A stretch of DNA of 64,000 bases from Eledone cirrhosa (GCA_964016885.1 OZ024742.1:80476001-80540000); one strand, 5' to 3'; positions 26,180 through 38,995 are shown, counted from the first letter of the stretch. The notes: a model not told the origin generated them from the sequence alone. Numbers and translations: made by a program.

Positions 26180-26216
<37 letters not shown>

Positions 26217-26693
26217 CCTATACATGCTCACTATTAAATCTATGTGAATATTATAGAAATATATATATATATATATATGAGAATGAAGCTGTTATCTTTT
26301 GCAATTGTTATATCAATATATTTGTTACTAATAGATTTGCATAGTCGATGATACGGCAATCTTCATTAATATTTCAGTAGTATTCATAGAAACAATTCCA
26401 GTTATTATCCCTCGTATATAACAGAATGCTTATATTATGTAGATTCATGTTTATCGGTGTTTCCAATATTCTTTGGTGATTTGACTCTGCGCTTCAATTA
26501 CTTATGGATCAAATCATTTTCACATGATATTCCACAGATAAATGCTCATCGCTTTGAAGATGTGTATTATTAGCATGGCTGGAATTATATAAATGTAAAA
26601 GCTTAAATCTAAGTGAAAACTCCTGAAAACATGGAAACAACTGTATTAGAAGACCACCGACTAGTTATTTAAATAACTAGTATATTGGATAGA

Positions 26694-26860
26694 TAATTGT
26701 TTCTACTTTTGTCACAAGGCCATCAATTAACCCGGGGCATAACTGGCGCTTTATTCTATCGATCTCGTAAGTATGAAAGGCAAACTCTTTTGTAAAGGGT
26801 CGTAATTATATGCTGCAAATTATGGCGTCCGGCACTCTACCGATACTGCAATTCCGCTTC
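26694..26860 (-). mobile_element. Diverged SINE
   Basis: AATTGTTTCTACTTTTGTCACAAGGCC...CTCTACCGATACTGCAAT, with an internal deletion. Confidence 0.8.
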
Positions 26861-27199
26861 TATTTAAAGCGGTTAACAATTTGCGTGGAATTTCAGCCTC
26901 CCAAGAAAATGTGGAAGGGGCAAGCTGTTGAGAAGATTACAATGAGACATGCATATACTATTGCAGCCAAATTCAGAGAGCACTGAACAAACTGAGGGCG
27001 TTGAAACTAAGTAGAGACGATTTAACTGCGCATTCTCCGATTCGAAACCTAGTAGCGGATACAAGGGTTAGAAGATACGATACGTGCAACGAAATATGCT
27101 TATAAAACTTGCCTTGGAAATAAGTCACCCAAGGTTAAGACATGGGAGGGCTCTAGAGTCAAGGTGGAATCTGTCATGAGATCTTCGGCTGTTCATTAT

Positions 27200-28410
27200 T
27201 AGATCTGAAAGCGCTCGACATTTCTGGAGCATTATTTACTTGGGTTTGTTGGTTCACCACTGGATAGAACTGGTCATTCTGTGTGGTCAACCTCGATGTA
27301 ATATTATGGAGAGCACTCAACGTAATGCAACTCACCCGTCTTCGTTTGTGTAGTTGGTGGTGCGAGTACGGATTTAATTATTATAAAATAACAGGAGGCT
27401 GGACTGGTGGAAATCCTTGAAAGGTTTATTATACTATGGTCATTTCAATGACCGAGTTCAGCATGAATACGGTGACATCATCAGGTAATTCAAAATATAA
27501 CGAAGGAATCTAACAGATAAAAATCCATGGTGCTGAACTTTAGAGACAGGAGGGCGACCGGCACTTTAGTAGCTTCTACGTCTGTCGGCCGCCCTCAAGT
27601 GTTGATTATTAGGTCTACATATGACCATCTGGTGTGGGTGCGCAAGCTTTTAATGTACTACTACCATCCCGTCAGATGGAAATGTCAGCGCTGAGGTCAC
27701 GCGTCGTCAGGCTGGTCAGGCATGCTCGAAATTACTCGATATTACTCGGAACTGCTGGTACGTTGGAAGGTGTGGCTGACGTCGTTGGTTATTCACCGCT
27801 AGAAAGGGCCTAATATGTACTCTATATACTACACTGAAAATGTATCGTGACTATATATATTATACTTAAACTTGTTCATAAAAGCCTCCTTATGTTAATT
27901 ATCATCTTCTCTCTATATCACTTACACACACACTCTCTTTCTCACTCTCTCTGTCAATCTCGCTCTCTTTTTCATTCTCCCACACTCTCTCTCATTTTTA
28001 CTCTCTCTGTCTCTCTCTCTCTCTCACTCTCTCTCATTCACACACACTCTCTTCCTCTTTAATCTCTATGCGTGTCTTTGTTGATGATATTTGTTCTTGA
28101 AAAAACCTTTTTCGCGGCAATTTCGAGCATGCCTGACCAGCCTGATTGGCGCGTGACCTCAGCGCTGACATTTCCATCTGCCGCGATGGTACGAGTACAT
28201 TAAAAGCTTGCGCCCCCGCACCAGATGGTTATATGAAGATCTAATAATCAACACCTTGAGGGCGGCCGACAGACGTAGAAGCTGCTAAATTGCCGGTCGT
28301 CCTCCTGTCTCCGATTTTCAGCACCATGGATTTTTATCTGTTATATTCCTTCGTTTTATTTTGAATTACCTGATGATGTCACCGGATTCATACTGAACCC
28401 GGTTATTTTA
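27200..28410. mobile_element. PLE terminal-repeat fold-back
   Basis: 27455-27732 and 28118-28405 are reverse complements. Hammerhead on minus at 27432-27490: TAC-CTGATGA..GAAAT-GACC-ATA-GTA. Same family at 59141-59447. Confidence 0.7.
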
Positions 28411-28437
28411 TAATATATATATATATATATATATGTA

Positions 28438-28496
<59 letters not shown>

Positions 28497-28549
28497 TTTA
28501 CAGGTAACGTCTTGCACCGACCAACAGTGAAATCATTCTTCTATATTTC

Positions 28550-28592
<43 letters not shown>

Positions 28593-29596
28593 CATAGACC
28601 AAGAGATAAAATGTCCTCATCGGTAGTCTGGTGATTATCGTCGGTATTTCGACACATTAAAGATTAGATACCTAAAATCAGTGCGAACGATAACTCAATT
28701 AAGTTATCGGGACAGTGGGAAAACAGAGGGAAGGAAAGAAACACATGGTAGTATGCAACGTAAAAAAAGGAAAATAGAGACAAGTCAATGAATCCTGTGG
28801 CCTTATGTCCGACAAATCAAATTGACGAGGAGAAATAGACACGTCCTAGGTGCGAGAAGATTGGAAGAGGAAAGAAATTCAAGCAGGTCAGACGGGAGGA
28901 AGAGAGAGAGGGGGAGAAGCAGAGAGAGAGAGTGAATGAAAGTGTGAGGAAGGGGCTAGCCGAGAGTGAGCGACCATCAGCGGGAGTTGAGGAAGGCCAC
29001 ATGTGAAGGAGAGAGAAAAGGTGATAGCAGTAAAGTGACAGAAAAAATACGAACCACAGCGAAGGGAAAACATGTGAATGAAGAATGGTGTGCTGCGTTG
29101 TTGCGAACATGAACATATGAATAAAAATAGACCAAGAGATAAATATATGTATATATATTGAAATGAACGAAATAAACACTTCTTTCTCTGATTCTTTATC
29201 TGCTTTGCTACACCGACGTATTATCCTCCTTCCTCAACCTCCATCTCAACATTTCTCCTTTCCCACTCTTCATTAATCGAGTGAGCTTTCTCCTTTTCCC
29301 TGCTCTCATTTTTCTACCCACCAGCACATAATACCCCTCCCACACACGCACCACCACTCTCAAGTACTAATTGAGGCAGCTCTAAATGATTAGAACTGAA
29401 CAACATTATCTGACATTCATGATGATTTCATACGAATGAAACAGTTCTAGTCAAGTAGAATTCATATCTATATATAATAAAGATGCTTTATTCTAACGAA
29501 TGCTGGCATCGAACTATCATGGAACAACTCATAATTGTGATATTATATACAGCAAAAAGCAAAAAAAAAAAATAATAATAATAATAACAATAAAAA

Positions 29597-29704
29597 TAAT
29601 TGTTTCTACTTTTGGCACAAGGCCAGCTATTACACAGTGTATTACTGGTACTTTATTTTATCGACCCCGTAAGGATGAAAGGCAAAGAGTAACCTCGGCG
29701 AGAT
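29597..29704 (-). mobile_element. 5'-truncated SINE joined to the Tx1 3' UTR
   Basis: SINE 3' half up to CTCGGCGAGAT, directly continuous with the Tx1 3' UTR. Confidence 0.85.
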
Positions 29705-32700
29705 ATATACAAGGGCCGACATAGGGGACAATACAAAAGACGGCGACAGTGGGGTTTTACAGAAAAATCGAGTAAGCAGTATGAATAACAATAACAAAGT
29801 AACAAGAAAAATACAAGAAAAATTCCCCAATAGAGGGGATGGCCACCCAGGGTTCGCTCAGGTACCCCACCAATCCTGAACGACACGACGCTTCGAGAGC
29901 ACCCTGGAAGGGTAACTCTCTCCTCCTCAAATTTACCCACCTACAGGCGCATGACCAGAGTAGGCCACTCACACGGGCCATTCTCGCAACATTCACCCAC
30001 CTTTCAGTAAACGTACAGGGGGGAAGCACTTCTCTCCCCACCCTCACGTTCCTTTCCAGGTTAAACTTGAAAAAGTTGATACGGGATTAGCCGAAGAGAA
30101 AAGTGTCTGTCTTCAGTTCTTTCAACCTCGTCAACCATACAACCTCTTTCGCTACTGCCACCAGACAGAGGAAAATTGCCTGCCCTTCCTGGCCAAAAGA
30201 AGGCGGTGGGTCAATCTTCACTATGGACTCGGTCGATAGCCGGACCGTTCTACACGCGACAACAGCTGGTCGATATAACTCCACAAATTAGTAATGCACG
30301 GACACTGGACGAGTGCGTGCACAACGGTTTCGTCGCGCTGCGCGGATCTCGGGCATGTCCGTCTGACAGCACTTCAGTGCCTATAGAGTTTATCTCGAAC
30401 CGGCAGTGACCCCGGGTAGCACTGCCAAGCGAGGGATTTTTGGAAATGATCCATCGTCCCCGGGTCGAAAGTTCTCCGGAAGAGACTGGTTAGTTCGACT
30501 TCGCCGACTGCTAGAGCCTCTCTGAGTGCGTCGTCGCACTTCCCAGCACTAATCCTCTATAGAACTCGAGAATGGAAGTTCCACTGACCGCATTGCCCGC
30601 CTGGTAGAGGGCAGTGAGTGCCTGGCAACATTCCAGATGCCAGTCACCCAGTCTAGGTCTCTTCTTGAGCCAGGGCTGCAGCTCAGTCAAAGAAACGAGC
30701 TGCGGAACGGCCTGTCTGACAAACGGCGACCACCCCTGTTCACCGTTTAAGCAGAATATCTGGTGATGCCGCAGGCTCAGCACATGTCTGCGTATCATTA
30801 GCCACGGCATGCCTAGCCTTCCACGTAGAGGGTGCTGGCATCAGATGGACCGCCTCACCAGCGGAACTTGACCCCTCCAAAAGAATTTGAAGAGGAGCCG
30901 CTCCAAGATGGCGAGGCGCCAACGGGGGCAAGGGACGACGGTCAGAGGGTAGTAGATGACGGACGCGTTCGCCACTCCGCCCGACCTTTCAGTGATAGCT
31001 CTCTCGCAGCCCATTTCTGGGTGAGATTGGCTACCCTGCGCGTCACCTCGTGCCAATTCTTATCCACCTGGAGGTCTGGCCAGGAACCAAACACCGAGCA
31101 ACTTTTCCAGTCCTTCAGTCCAGCGCCTAACGACGCTGTTTTACGGCATGGACTTGCCACTCCAGGTGCCGAGTTGCAAGCCCACTGACTTTTCCGGGTT
31201 AAGTTTTGCCCCCGTCAAACTTTCATATTCCTCCAATCAGTTGCCGACCACCTCGATTTCTGAGGTGTCCTGCACCATCACGGTGATGTCGTCCGCATAA
31301 GCCGACACAGCCTTTCCTAGTCCCGGTTCTAGCGGGATACCCTGCAATATCTCCATCTTCCGCAGTCGCCAAGAGGTTACCATTAATTTTGACCACTGAG
31401 CAGGTGCCGCTGTGCATTGAAGCGATCCAGCTTCTGAAGACGGGGCCGAAGCCAGCCCAACCAAATCCCCGATGACAAGCGTCAACCTCTCCGCTAACTC
31501 TCTGTGTTGAGCAGAGTTATGGGCCTGAAATTGTCTAATGTGCCCTCGTGTTCTCGTCTTTCCTTATCAGCGTCACTACACCCGGTTCACAGGACTGGGA
31601 ATGCTCCCGTTCTGCTGCCAGCTGAAGTAGAGCGCTTCGAGGAGATCGGAGAACATGTCTGGCATATTTACGTAAAGATCGTAGGGCAGACCATCCAAAC
31701 AGGGAGGGTTGCACCTCATGCAGCCGACAAGGGCATCCTGAATCTCGGCTGAAGTAATCGTCTGTTCTTAGCGCCGAGCGTCAGCCGTCGAGAGTTGCGG
31801 CAAGCCATCGAGGTAGGGACTGAAGTCCGCCACCCCCTCTGACCCGCCACTTCCCCCGAACAACCTAGCATAATGTTGGCGTAAGGCCTCACACATCCGC
31901 GTGGGTTTTACGTTTGAGGTTCCCGGGATCCGAAGAGAGCTGTGTAGTATCTCTTTGTATAAATCGAGCGACATTCGTACCAGAAACAAATCTCCCGGCA
32001 CGCGAAATGTGCTCGATTTAAAAAGTCCTCCCCTTGTTGTATATTTTCACATGTGCTACAAGGGCCATCAGTTCCTTATTGGCCCTCCTGACCAGCACGA
32101 AGTTTTGTTTGTTTTGTTGGTGTGATTTTATTTGATTGCGTGGTTGTGATGGTTTTGGTGGTGTTGTTTCGGTTGTGTCTGTGTTTGTTGTGAGTGCGGT
32201 GTCTGTGGTTTCAGATGTTTGTGTGTGTATTTGTTCATGCGTCTGTTTAGGTTGTTTGTTGATGGTGATGGTGATGTTGATGTTGGTGTTATTGGAGAGA
32301 TGTTTGCGTGGGTGGTGCCTGCATTTTTTATTGTGGGTTATTTTGTGTTTTGTTGAGTTATTTTTTCCTTTTTGTGTTTCCTTTTTTGTATTTTGGGGGA
32401 TTTTCGTTTTCCCTCATCTTCACAACTGGTAGATGAGGTGTCTGTGTCTGTAAGTGTGTCTGTGTGTGTGTTTATGTTTTTATTGATGTGTGTATTTTTT
32501 TTTTGGGGGGGGGGGAGACAAAATTTGACAACTTTCCTCATTTCCCCCCTAGGTGGTCAATGTTGGTGGTAGTCTTTCTATTGGTGTTGTTGTTGGTGGT
32601 TTTTCCCGGTGCTGGTGTTGGCTGTGGTCCTCGCCCCGGCGTCGGTAGCTGTGGAGTCCTTCGACCCCTTGCATCTTTCAGCAGTTGAGGGCAGAAGGCT

Positions 32701-33971
32701 TGCAAATGGGTTTTTTCCCCACAAACAAGACAATGCGGCCATTCTGAAGGCGGATGTCGTCCGGGATTGTCTTCACATTCTCGGGCCTCATCTGGAGAAG
32801 TATCTCCAGGTCAACCCCGGACCAGTCCTCTCTGGCCGTTCTTGTCACTTCTATCGGGACGGTATCCTTCCCCTCCACAATCACACATGCCAGAAGCCAC
32901 CACATGTCAAGTCCTGTTGGGATTATGGGAATGCGGAGACGGGCCGTTCTTTTTCCCATGTGGGAGGGTTACATTTTGACCTTGCTGGTTTGCAAGGGGT
33001 CACAGTGAGTTTCATAGCGAGGGCTTCTGACTTGAACAGCACCGAAATGGTGCCGTACTGTCTGCCCCTCGCTATATATTCGGTGTCATCTCTAATGCAC
33101 CTCAGCGTGACTTCGACATCTGCTTGTGGAATTAAAGCTGCCCTTTTTGTTTGTGCTGAGATGCATATATAATGCACCGTTCTGCGCTCCACTGCCTCAA
33201 TAGCTTCTTCCGGGACAGTTAACTTGGCCCGGGTTTGCTCTTGCTTGTTGAGCTTCCAGGCCTGGGCCAACTTTTCATCTTTGTTTGAGAGGTCCATGCT
33301 GAAGCATGGCCTCTTTTTTGCTGCTGCCGCAGCGAAAGTGTTCTTCTTGTTGTCGTTGGGGGTGTTGTTGTTGTCGTTGTTCTTGTTGGTGTTGTTGTTA
33401 TCACTGTCGCTGTTATCATTGTTGTCTTTGGTGCCTCCGTTGTTCTCGGTGCAGTTGGTATTGTTACTGTCGGTGTTGTCGCTATTCGTTTTCATGTTAG
33501 TGGTGTTGATATTGTTATTGCATTTGTCATTTTTTTTTGTTATCTGTATATTTTGTTATCTGTATATTTTCGTTGTCGGTGTTACTTTCATCCTTTTCAA
33601 AATTAGAGTTCTCAGTGTCGTTATCATTGCTGTCTCTGTTCACATTGTTTGTGGTGTTGTTTGTTGTATCAATTTCTGTTAATTTCGCCGTAGCGTTCCT
33701 CACAACTTTTACGTCGTTGTCGCACGACAGCAGACATATCATTGGGGACGTGCCTCAGCCATGTTTTCTATTGTTTTTTTCGATAATTTTTTTAAAATGT
33801 AAGAGAAGTCAAATATTTGGGCGAAAAGGCCCAAATATTATTCTTTCCCTTTCACAGGGCAAAGTCGAATGATTTGTATGCCTTATACAACAACAAAAAA
33901 GTCAATAAATAAGTTTTGACAGGTAAATAAATAAACTTACGGGAGCGGCAGAAAGATGTCCGTTCAGACTC
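29704..33971 (-). mobile_element. Tx1-clade LINE, internally deleted (endonuclease domain and parts of RT missing)
   Basis: ORF1 fragments 32678-33742 (YIARGRQYGTISVLF). ORF2 fragments (RMCEALRQH, SAYADDITV, WPDLQVDKNW, MPWLMIRRH). 5' end GAGTC follows (ATT)n. Confidence 0.88.
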
Positions 33972-33980
33972 AATAATAAT

Positions 33981-34168
33981 TGTTTCTACTTTAGGCACAA
34001 GGCCAGCAATTATCACACTGCATTACTGGTACTTTATTTTATCGATCCCGAAAAGATGAAAAGCAAAGTTAATCTCGGCAGGATTTGAACTCAGAATGGC
34101 AAGAGCCGCAACTCTATGCGTCAAAGCATGGCGTCCCACCCTCTACCGATACTGCCAATCTACCACCG
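33981..34168 (-). mobile_element. tRNA-derived SINE
   Basis: Full length; TSD GACTCAATAA(T/C)AAT at 33967-33980 / 34169-34182. Confidence 0.9.
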
Positions 34169-34182
34169 GACTCAATAACAAT

Positions 34183-34360
34183 AATAGTTTCTACTTTGGC
34201 ACAAGGCCAGCAATTACCCAGTGCATTACTGGTACTTAATTTTATCGACCCCGAAAGGATGAAAGACAAAGTTAACCTCGCCGGGATATGAACTCAGACC
34301 ATAAAGGGGCGTAACTCTTTGCGGCAAAGCATGGCATCCGACCCTCTACCAATTCACCGC
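34183..34360 (-). mobile_element. tRNA-derived SINE
   Basis: Same family, tandem with the previous copy. Confidence 0.9.
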
Positions 34361-34374
34361 TCTTGTGATAAAGA

Positions 34375-35250
34375 ATAATGTCAATAGAGTAGGGGATGTT
34401 CAAGGAGGAAATAACAACAAGAAGGTAGAGCAACCTTCATGAAAAATCCCTTCATAGTACCTTTTTTAAGAAAACTGAATTTAGAGATCCAGAGACATAG
34501 AACTGGTTAAAAAGTGGAGACCTTAAAAAGGCTACAGAAGCATTGTTAATGGCTGCGCAAGAGCAGGCCCTCAGAACGAAGTGTGTGAAACATCATATTT
34601 AGAAGGATGAGGCTAGCCCACTGTGTAGGATCTGTGGAGAGAGAGAGGAGACTGTGGCTCACATTGTATCAGAGTGTAAACACCTAGCCCAGACTCACTA
34701 TAAAGGCTGGAGACATGATGTGATAGGCAGGGTGATCCACTGACACCTATGCAAAGTAAACAATTTACCATATTCTGATAAGCCAGAGTCGGTGATAGAA
34801 AACGATCAGGTGAAGGTGCTATGGGGTATTAGGATACTGACGGACAAGAAATTAGAAACAAATAGGCCTGACCAGGTGGTTTTGAACAAGGAAAAAAGAT
34901 CGTGCCTGATTGTAGATGTAGCCTGCCCATTTGACACGAGAGTGCAAGAAAAGGAGAGGGAGAAAATTAACCGAAACCAGGACTTAAAGTGGGAGGTAAA
35001 AAGAATTTGGAACTGCCATGAAGTCAAGGTCGTCCTGATTGTCATAGGCGGACTAGGTACTATCTCAAAGAATTTCCAAGTTTGGTTAAAGAAGATTAGT
35101 CCAGCCCCTTTTTTGGAACACTTCAAAAGGCATGATTGCTGGGAACAGCAAGAACCCTCCGATACGTCCTGCATATATGAGGCTACATGTAGCGCTGGAT
35201 ATTCATTTCAACAAACTTTCCAGTGAAATAGAATCAATGACTGAGACACA
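34375..35250 (+). mobile_element. 5'-truncated R4/Dong-like retrotransposon (family 2), decayed
   Basis: LKKATEALLMAAQEQ, CRIC..ETVAHIVSEC, NRPDQVV..IVDVACP..EKEREK (RLE); ends in (AAT)n. Confidence 0.88.

Positions 35251-35313
<63 letters not shown>
35251..35313. repeat. (AAT)21 microsatellite shared by Dong and Tx1 3' ends
   Basis: Read directly. Confidence 0.95.
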
Positions 35314-35315
<2 letters not shown>

Positions 35316-35575
35316 TTTCTTTATTAACCACAAGGGTTTACATAAAGTAGACATTAAGGACAGTGCAGGACAATGCAGGACGGTACAAATGGGCATTTCT
35401 GCGTGTAAAAAAACAAAAACAGAGGATGTAACAAAAATAACAATGAAAATAACAATGAAAAATTCCCCAATAGGGGGGAGACTTCGGAGGGACATTTGTG
35501 GAGAAAGCCCAGTAAAAAGCCACAATGACCCTGACCACCAAGGCAAGTGCCCTCTCCCAGTTTTCCACCTTTAGT

Positions 35576-38500
35576 TTACAGATATATACTCAGAGTCGGC
35601 CCATTCACTCGGGCCATTCTTGCTTCTCTCACCCATCTTTCAACAAAATGCTGGGAAGAGAGCACTTCCTTCTCTACTCTGATTTTCCTTTTCAAATGAA
35701 ATTTGAAAAAGTCAATCAGAGCATCACCGAAGAGGTAAGTGCTCGTCTTCAGCCCTTTCAAACGTGTCCACCATACTATCTCTTTCGCCATGGCCACCAG
35801 ACAGATAAAAACTGCCTGCCCTTCCCGGCTAAAGGAGGAGGGCGGGGCAATCCTCACGATAGACTCAGATGATAGCTGGATCCGTCCTAAACGCGACAGC
35901 AGGTGTTCGACATAAACCCACAAGTCAGCAATTTTCGGACACTGGACGAGTGCGTGCAGGACGGTTTCGTCGCCCTGCGCGCATCTCGGACATGCCCGGC
36001 TGACGGCACCTCCATGCCTGTAGAGTTTATCCCGAACTGGCAAGGCTCCTCGGTAGCACTGCCAGGCCAGAGATTTCTGGAAGTTGTCCATAGGCCCTGG
36101 CCCGAAAGTTCTTCCGAAGAGATTGGCTAGTTGATTTTCGTCGACGCCTAGAGTCTCCCCAAGTACGTCGTCGCTCTTCCCCTCCACTAATCCTCTATAG
36201 AACGCCGAGGTGGAGTTTCCACCGATCACATTGCCCGATTGGTCGAGGGCTGTGAGCGCCTGAAGACATTCCAGTCTCCAGGCGCTCCCTCTCGGTCTTC
36301 GCTTGACCCAGGACTGCAGCTCCGTCAAGGTAACGAGCTGGGGAAAAACGCGTCTAGCAAACGGCGACCACACCTGATCACCGTCGAGGAAGAGGTGGAG
36401 ATGTCGTAGCCTGAGCGCGTGCCTGCGCATCATCAGCCACGGCATGCCCAGCCCTCCACGTAGCGGGTGTTGACAACAGATGGACCGCCTGACCATCGGA
36501 GCACGTCCCTTCCACAAAAAGCGAAAGAGCAAACGCTCCAGCGCAGTCAGGCGAGGCTTAGGACAAGGTACGACGGTTAGGCGGTAGCAGATGACAGACG
36601 CGATGTACGCGTTAGCCACCTCCGCTCGACCTTTCAGGGATAGCTTCCTCTCCGCCCATTTCTGGGTGAGAGAAGCCACCCTGCTCGTCACCTCGTCCCA
36701 GTTTTTGTCCGTCTGGAGGTCCGGACCGAACCAGACCCCTAGCAATTTAACCGGTCCGTCCGTCCAGCGCCCGACGACGCTGTTGGACGGCATGGACCTG
36801 CCTCTCCAGGTGCCGAGCTGCAGGCCCACTGACTTTTCCTGGTTGATCATTGCTCCTGTCACCGCTTCGTATTCTCTTAGTGTAGTGCCGATCGCCTCGA
36901 TGTGTTTGGCGTTCGACACCACTACGGTGACATCGTCCGCATATGCTGACACGGATCTTCCGCATCCTAGTTCGCGCGGGACTCCCCTCAACGTCTCCAG
37001 TTTGTGCAGTAATGGCTCGAGAGTCAATACGTACAAGAGGGACGAGAGGGGACATCCTTGGCGGACCGAGCGCATGATGTTGAACGGTTCCGACAGGTGA
37101 CCGTTCACTCTCACTACAGAGCAGATGTCGCTGTGCATGGCAGCGATCCAGCCTCTGAAGACGGGCCCAAAGCCAGCCGCGCTCAGGACTGCCGCTAGGT
37201 AACGATGGTCGACCCTATCGAAAGCTTTCGACTGATCTAAATTGATCAAGGACCCACCCGTGCCAGGTTCCCTAGCTACCCTCTCTACGATGTATCGCAT
37301 GAGGTGGAGGTTGTCGTGGATGGATCTGTCGGGAATGGCGCATGTCTGCGCCTCTCCCACCAGACCACCAACGACAAGCGCCAACCTCTTTGCTAGCACC
37401 TTGGCCAAAATCTTAAACTCTGTGTTTAGCAGAGTTATGGGCCGGAAATTGTCTATGTTATCCCCCTTGTTCGGATCCTTTCTCAGCAGTGCAACCGCTC
37501 CTCGGCTCACAGAACTGGGAATTCTCCCGTTCTGTTGCCAGTTGCAGTAGACGTCCGCCAAGAGGCCTCCGAACAAGTCTGGCATCTGTACGTAAAGTTC
37601 ATAGGGCAGACCATCCAAACCAGGCGATTTACCCCTTGTGCAGCCAGTCATTGCCTCCCGTACTTCAGCGGCTGTTATCGGCTTTTCGCAACACTTCGCC
37701 TCAGTGGCCGAGAGCCGCGGCAGTCCGTCGAGGTAGACACTAAAGTCCATCCATCTACCCGGCCCCCCGCTGCCCCCGAACAGCTGAGCGAAGTGTCGCT
37801 GAAAAGCTTCACACATTTGCCCGGGATCGAGTAGCATGCGCCCGTCGTGGTCCACCAAAGACCGGATCGTGGCTTTGTTGCCACGACGCGCCTCCGCCCC
37901 TCGGGCCCATTGAACGGCTTTCGTCCCCTCGTGTCTGAGAGCACGCACCCTAGCTCTGACAACGCAGCCTTCGTGCTTTGCATTGAAGAATTGGTCAAGG
38001 GCCAATTTCGCCGCAAGCACGTCGGTCGCAATGCCTTTGCTAAGCGCCTCGTCTAATTTTCTAACTAGTTCTCCCTCTGCTCTATTTTTCTCTATTGCTA
38101 AAGCCTTACTAAACCTAATCGATTCTATTCTAATCGCTCTTTTCAGAGCAAACCACCACTTGTTGTTGACGATGGCCCCCGTCAACGCCCGCTTAACTAG
38201 TTCGCTAATCCGGTCTCTGTAGGCCTTGCGCGCTGGTAAGGACGCGTTTAGCTTCCAGTAGCCGGGTCCTCGTCTATGAAGCCTATCTAAGTCAAGCACA
38301 CAGGTCACGAATTTGTGGTCCGTGTAGCTGACTATCTTGAATTGTGGACAGCCTATGCTAGACCTATCTATTTCCCTACAAAATACTCTATCTAGATATG
38401 ATCTGGATGACCCTATGCGGTTTGTCCAAGTCCACATTGGTACATTCGGGAAATTCAATCGGTACTTGTCAGACAGTTCAAAACGTGTGAGCAGGTTGGT

Positions 38501-38995
38501 GAGGCTCTTGCAACCTCCTCCCCTATCCGCTAATCCCACACAGTCCCAGCGTGCATCTAAGATCCCGTTCCAGTCGCCCACTAACACTAAAGAGCGGGAC
38601 GTTCCAAGAAAGGTCTCCAGACGCCGGAAGAAATCAGGCCGCCCTGCTCCTGTCGGGGCATAGACGGCCACTAGCCTGAAAGCTTGCCCGTCTCCGCTGG
38701 TCACGTCCAGCACCACCAGCTTACCCTCTGGGTCCAGGAAGATGGCCCGTATGGCGAGATCCAAACCTCTCCGAAAAAGCACAGCAACTCCTCCACCCGA
38801 TCCAGGACGGCTGGGAGATGCGTACACATCGTAGCCGCCGAAGATCGGTGCGAAGGCCCGTGCTTCGGAGATTCTGGTCTCGCTGATGGCCACTACATCT
38901 ATGTTTAGTGACCTGAGGTCGTTGAGCAGGTGACCCTGCTTCCATGACGACCCCAAGCCACGCGCATTTATGCTGCCTATTCTGAGTGAGGTCAT
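35576..38995 (-). CDS. ORF2p: APE endonuclease + reverse transcriptase + C-terminal CCHC (1139 aa)
   Basis: SINARG, SETR, GDWN, SYLDR, TDH (APE). PGLDG, FRPITLLN, DQSKAFDRV, QGCPLS, YADD (RT). CPRC-x7-H-x4-C. Confidence 0.97.
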   Translation of the reverse strand: MTSLRIGSINARGLGSSWKQGHLLNDLRSLNIDVVAISETRISEARAFAPIFGGYDVYASPSRPGSGGGVAVLFRRGLDLAIRAIFLDPEGKLVVLDVTSGDGQAFRLVAVYAPTGAGRPDFFRRLETFLGTSRSLVLVGDWNGILDARWDCVGLADRGGGCKSLTNLLTRFELSDKYRLNFPNVPMWTWTNRIGSSRSYLDRVFCREIDRSSIGCPQFKIVSYTDHKFVTCVLDLDRLHRRGPGYWKLNASLPARKAYRDRISELVKRALTGAIVNNKWWFALKRAIRIESIRFSKALAIEKNRAEGELVRKLDEALSKGIATDVLAAKLALDQFFNAKHEGCVVRARVRALRHEGTKAVQWARGAEARRGNKATIRSLVDHDGRMLLDPGQMCEAFQRHFAQLFGGSGGPGRWMDFSVYLDGLPRLSATEAKCCEKPITAAEVREAMTGCTRGKSPGLDGLPYELYVQMPDLFGGLLADVYCNWQQNGRIPSSVSRGAVALLRKDPNKGDNIDNFRPITLLNTEFKILAKVLAKRLALVVGGLVGEAQTCAIPDRSIHDNLHLMRYIVERVAREPGTGGSLINLDQSKAFDRVDHRYLAAVLSAAGFGPVFRGWIAAMHSDICSVVRVNGHLSEPFNIMRSVRQGCPLSSLLYVLTLEPLLHKLETLRGVPRELGCGRSVSAYADDVTVVVSNAKHIEAIGTTLREYEAVTGAMINQEKSVGLQLGTWRGRSMPSNSVVGRWTDGPVKLLGVWFGPDLQTDKNWDEVTSRVASLTQKWAERKLSLKGRAEVANAYIASVICYRLTVVPCPKPRLTALERLLFRFLWKGRAPMVRRSICCQHPLRGGLGMPWLMMRRHALRLRHLHLFLDGDQVWSPFARRVFPQLVTLTELQSWVKRRPRGSAWRLECLQALTALDQSGNVIGGNSTSAFYRGLVEGKSDDVLGETLGVDENQLANLFGRTFGPGPMDNFQKSLAWQCYRGALPVRDKLYRHGGAVSRACPRCAQGDETVLHALVQCPKIADLWVYVEHLLSRLGRIQLSSESIVRIAPPSSFSREGQAVFICLVAMAKEIVWWTRLKGLKTSTYLFGDALIDFFKFHLKRKIRVEKEVLSSQHFVERWVREARMARVNGPTLSIYL

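Noticed and set aside
26870-27230. N-terminus of a PLE ORF following the terminal repeat on the minus strand
   Set aside because: The position is suggestive, but the translation has stops and no motif I can firmly recognise.
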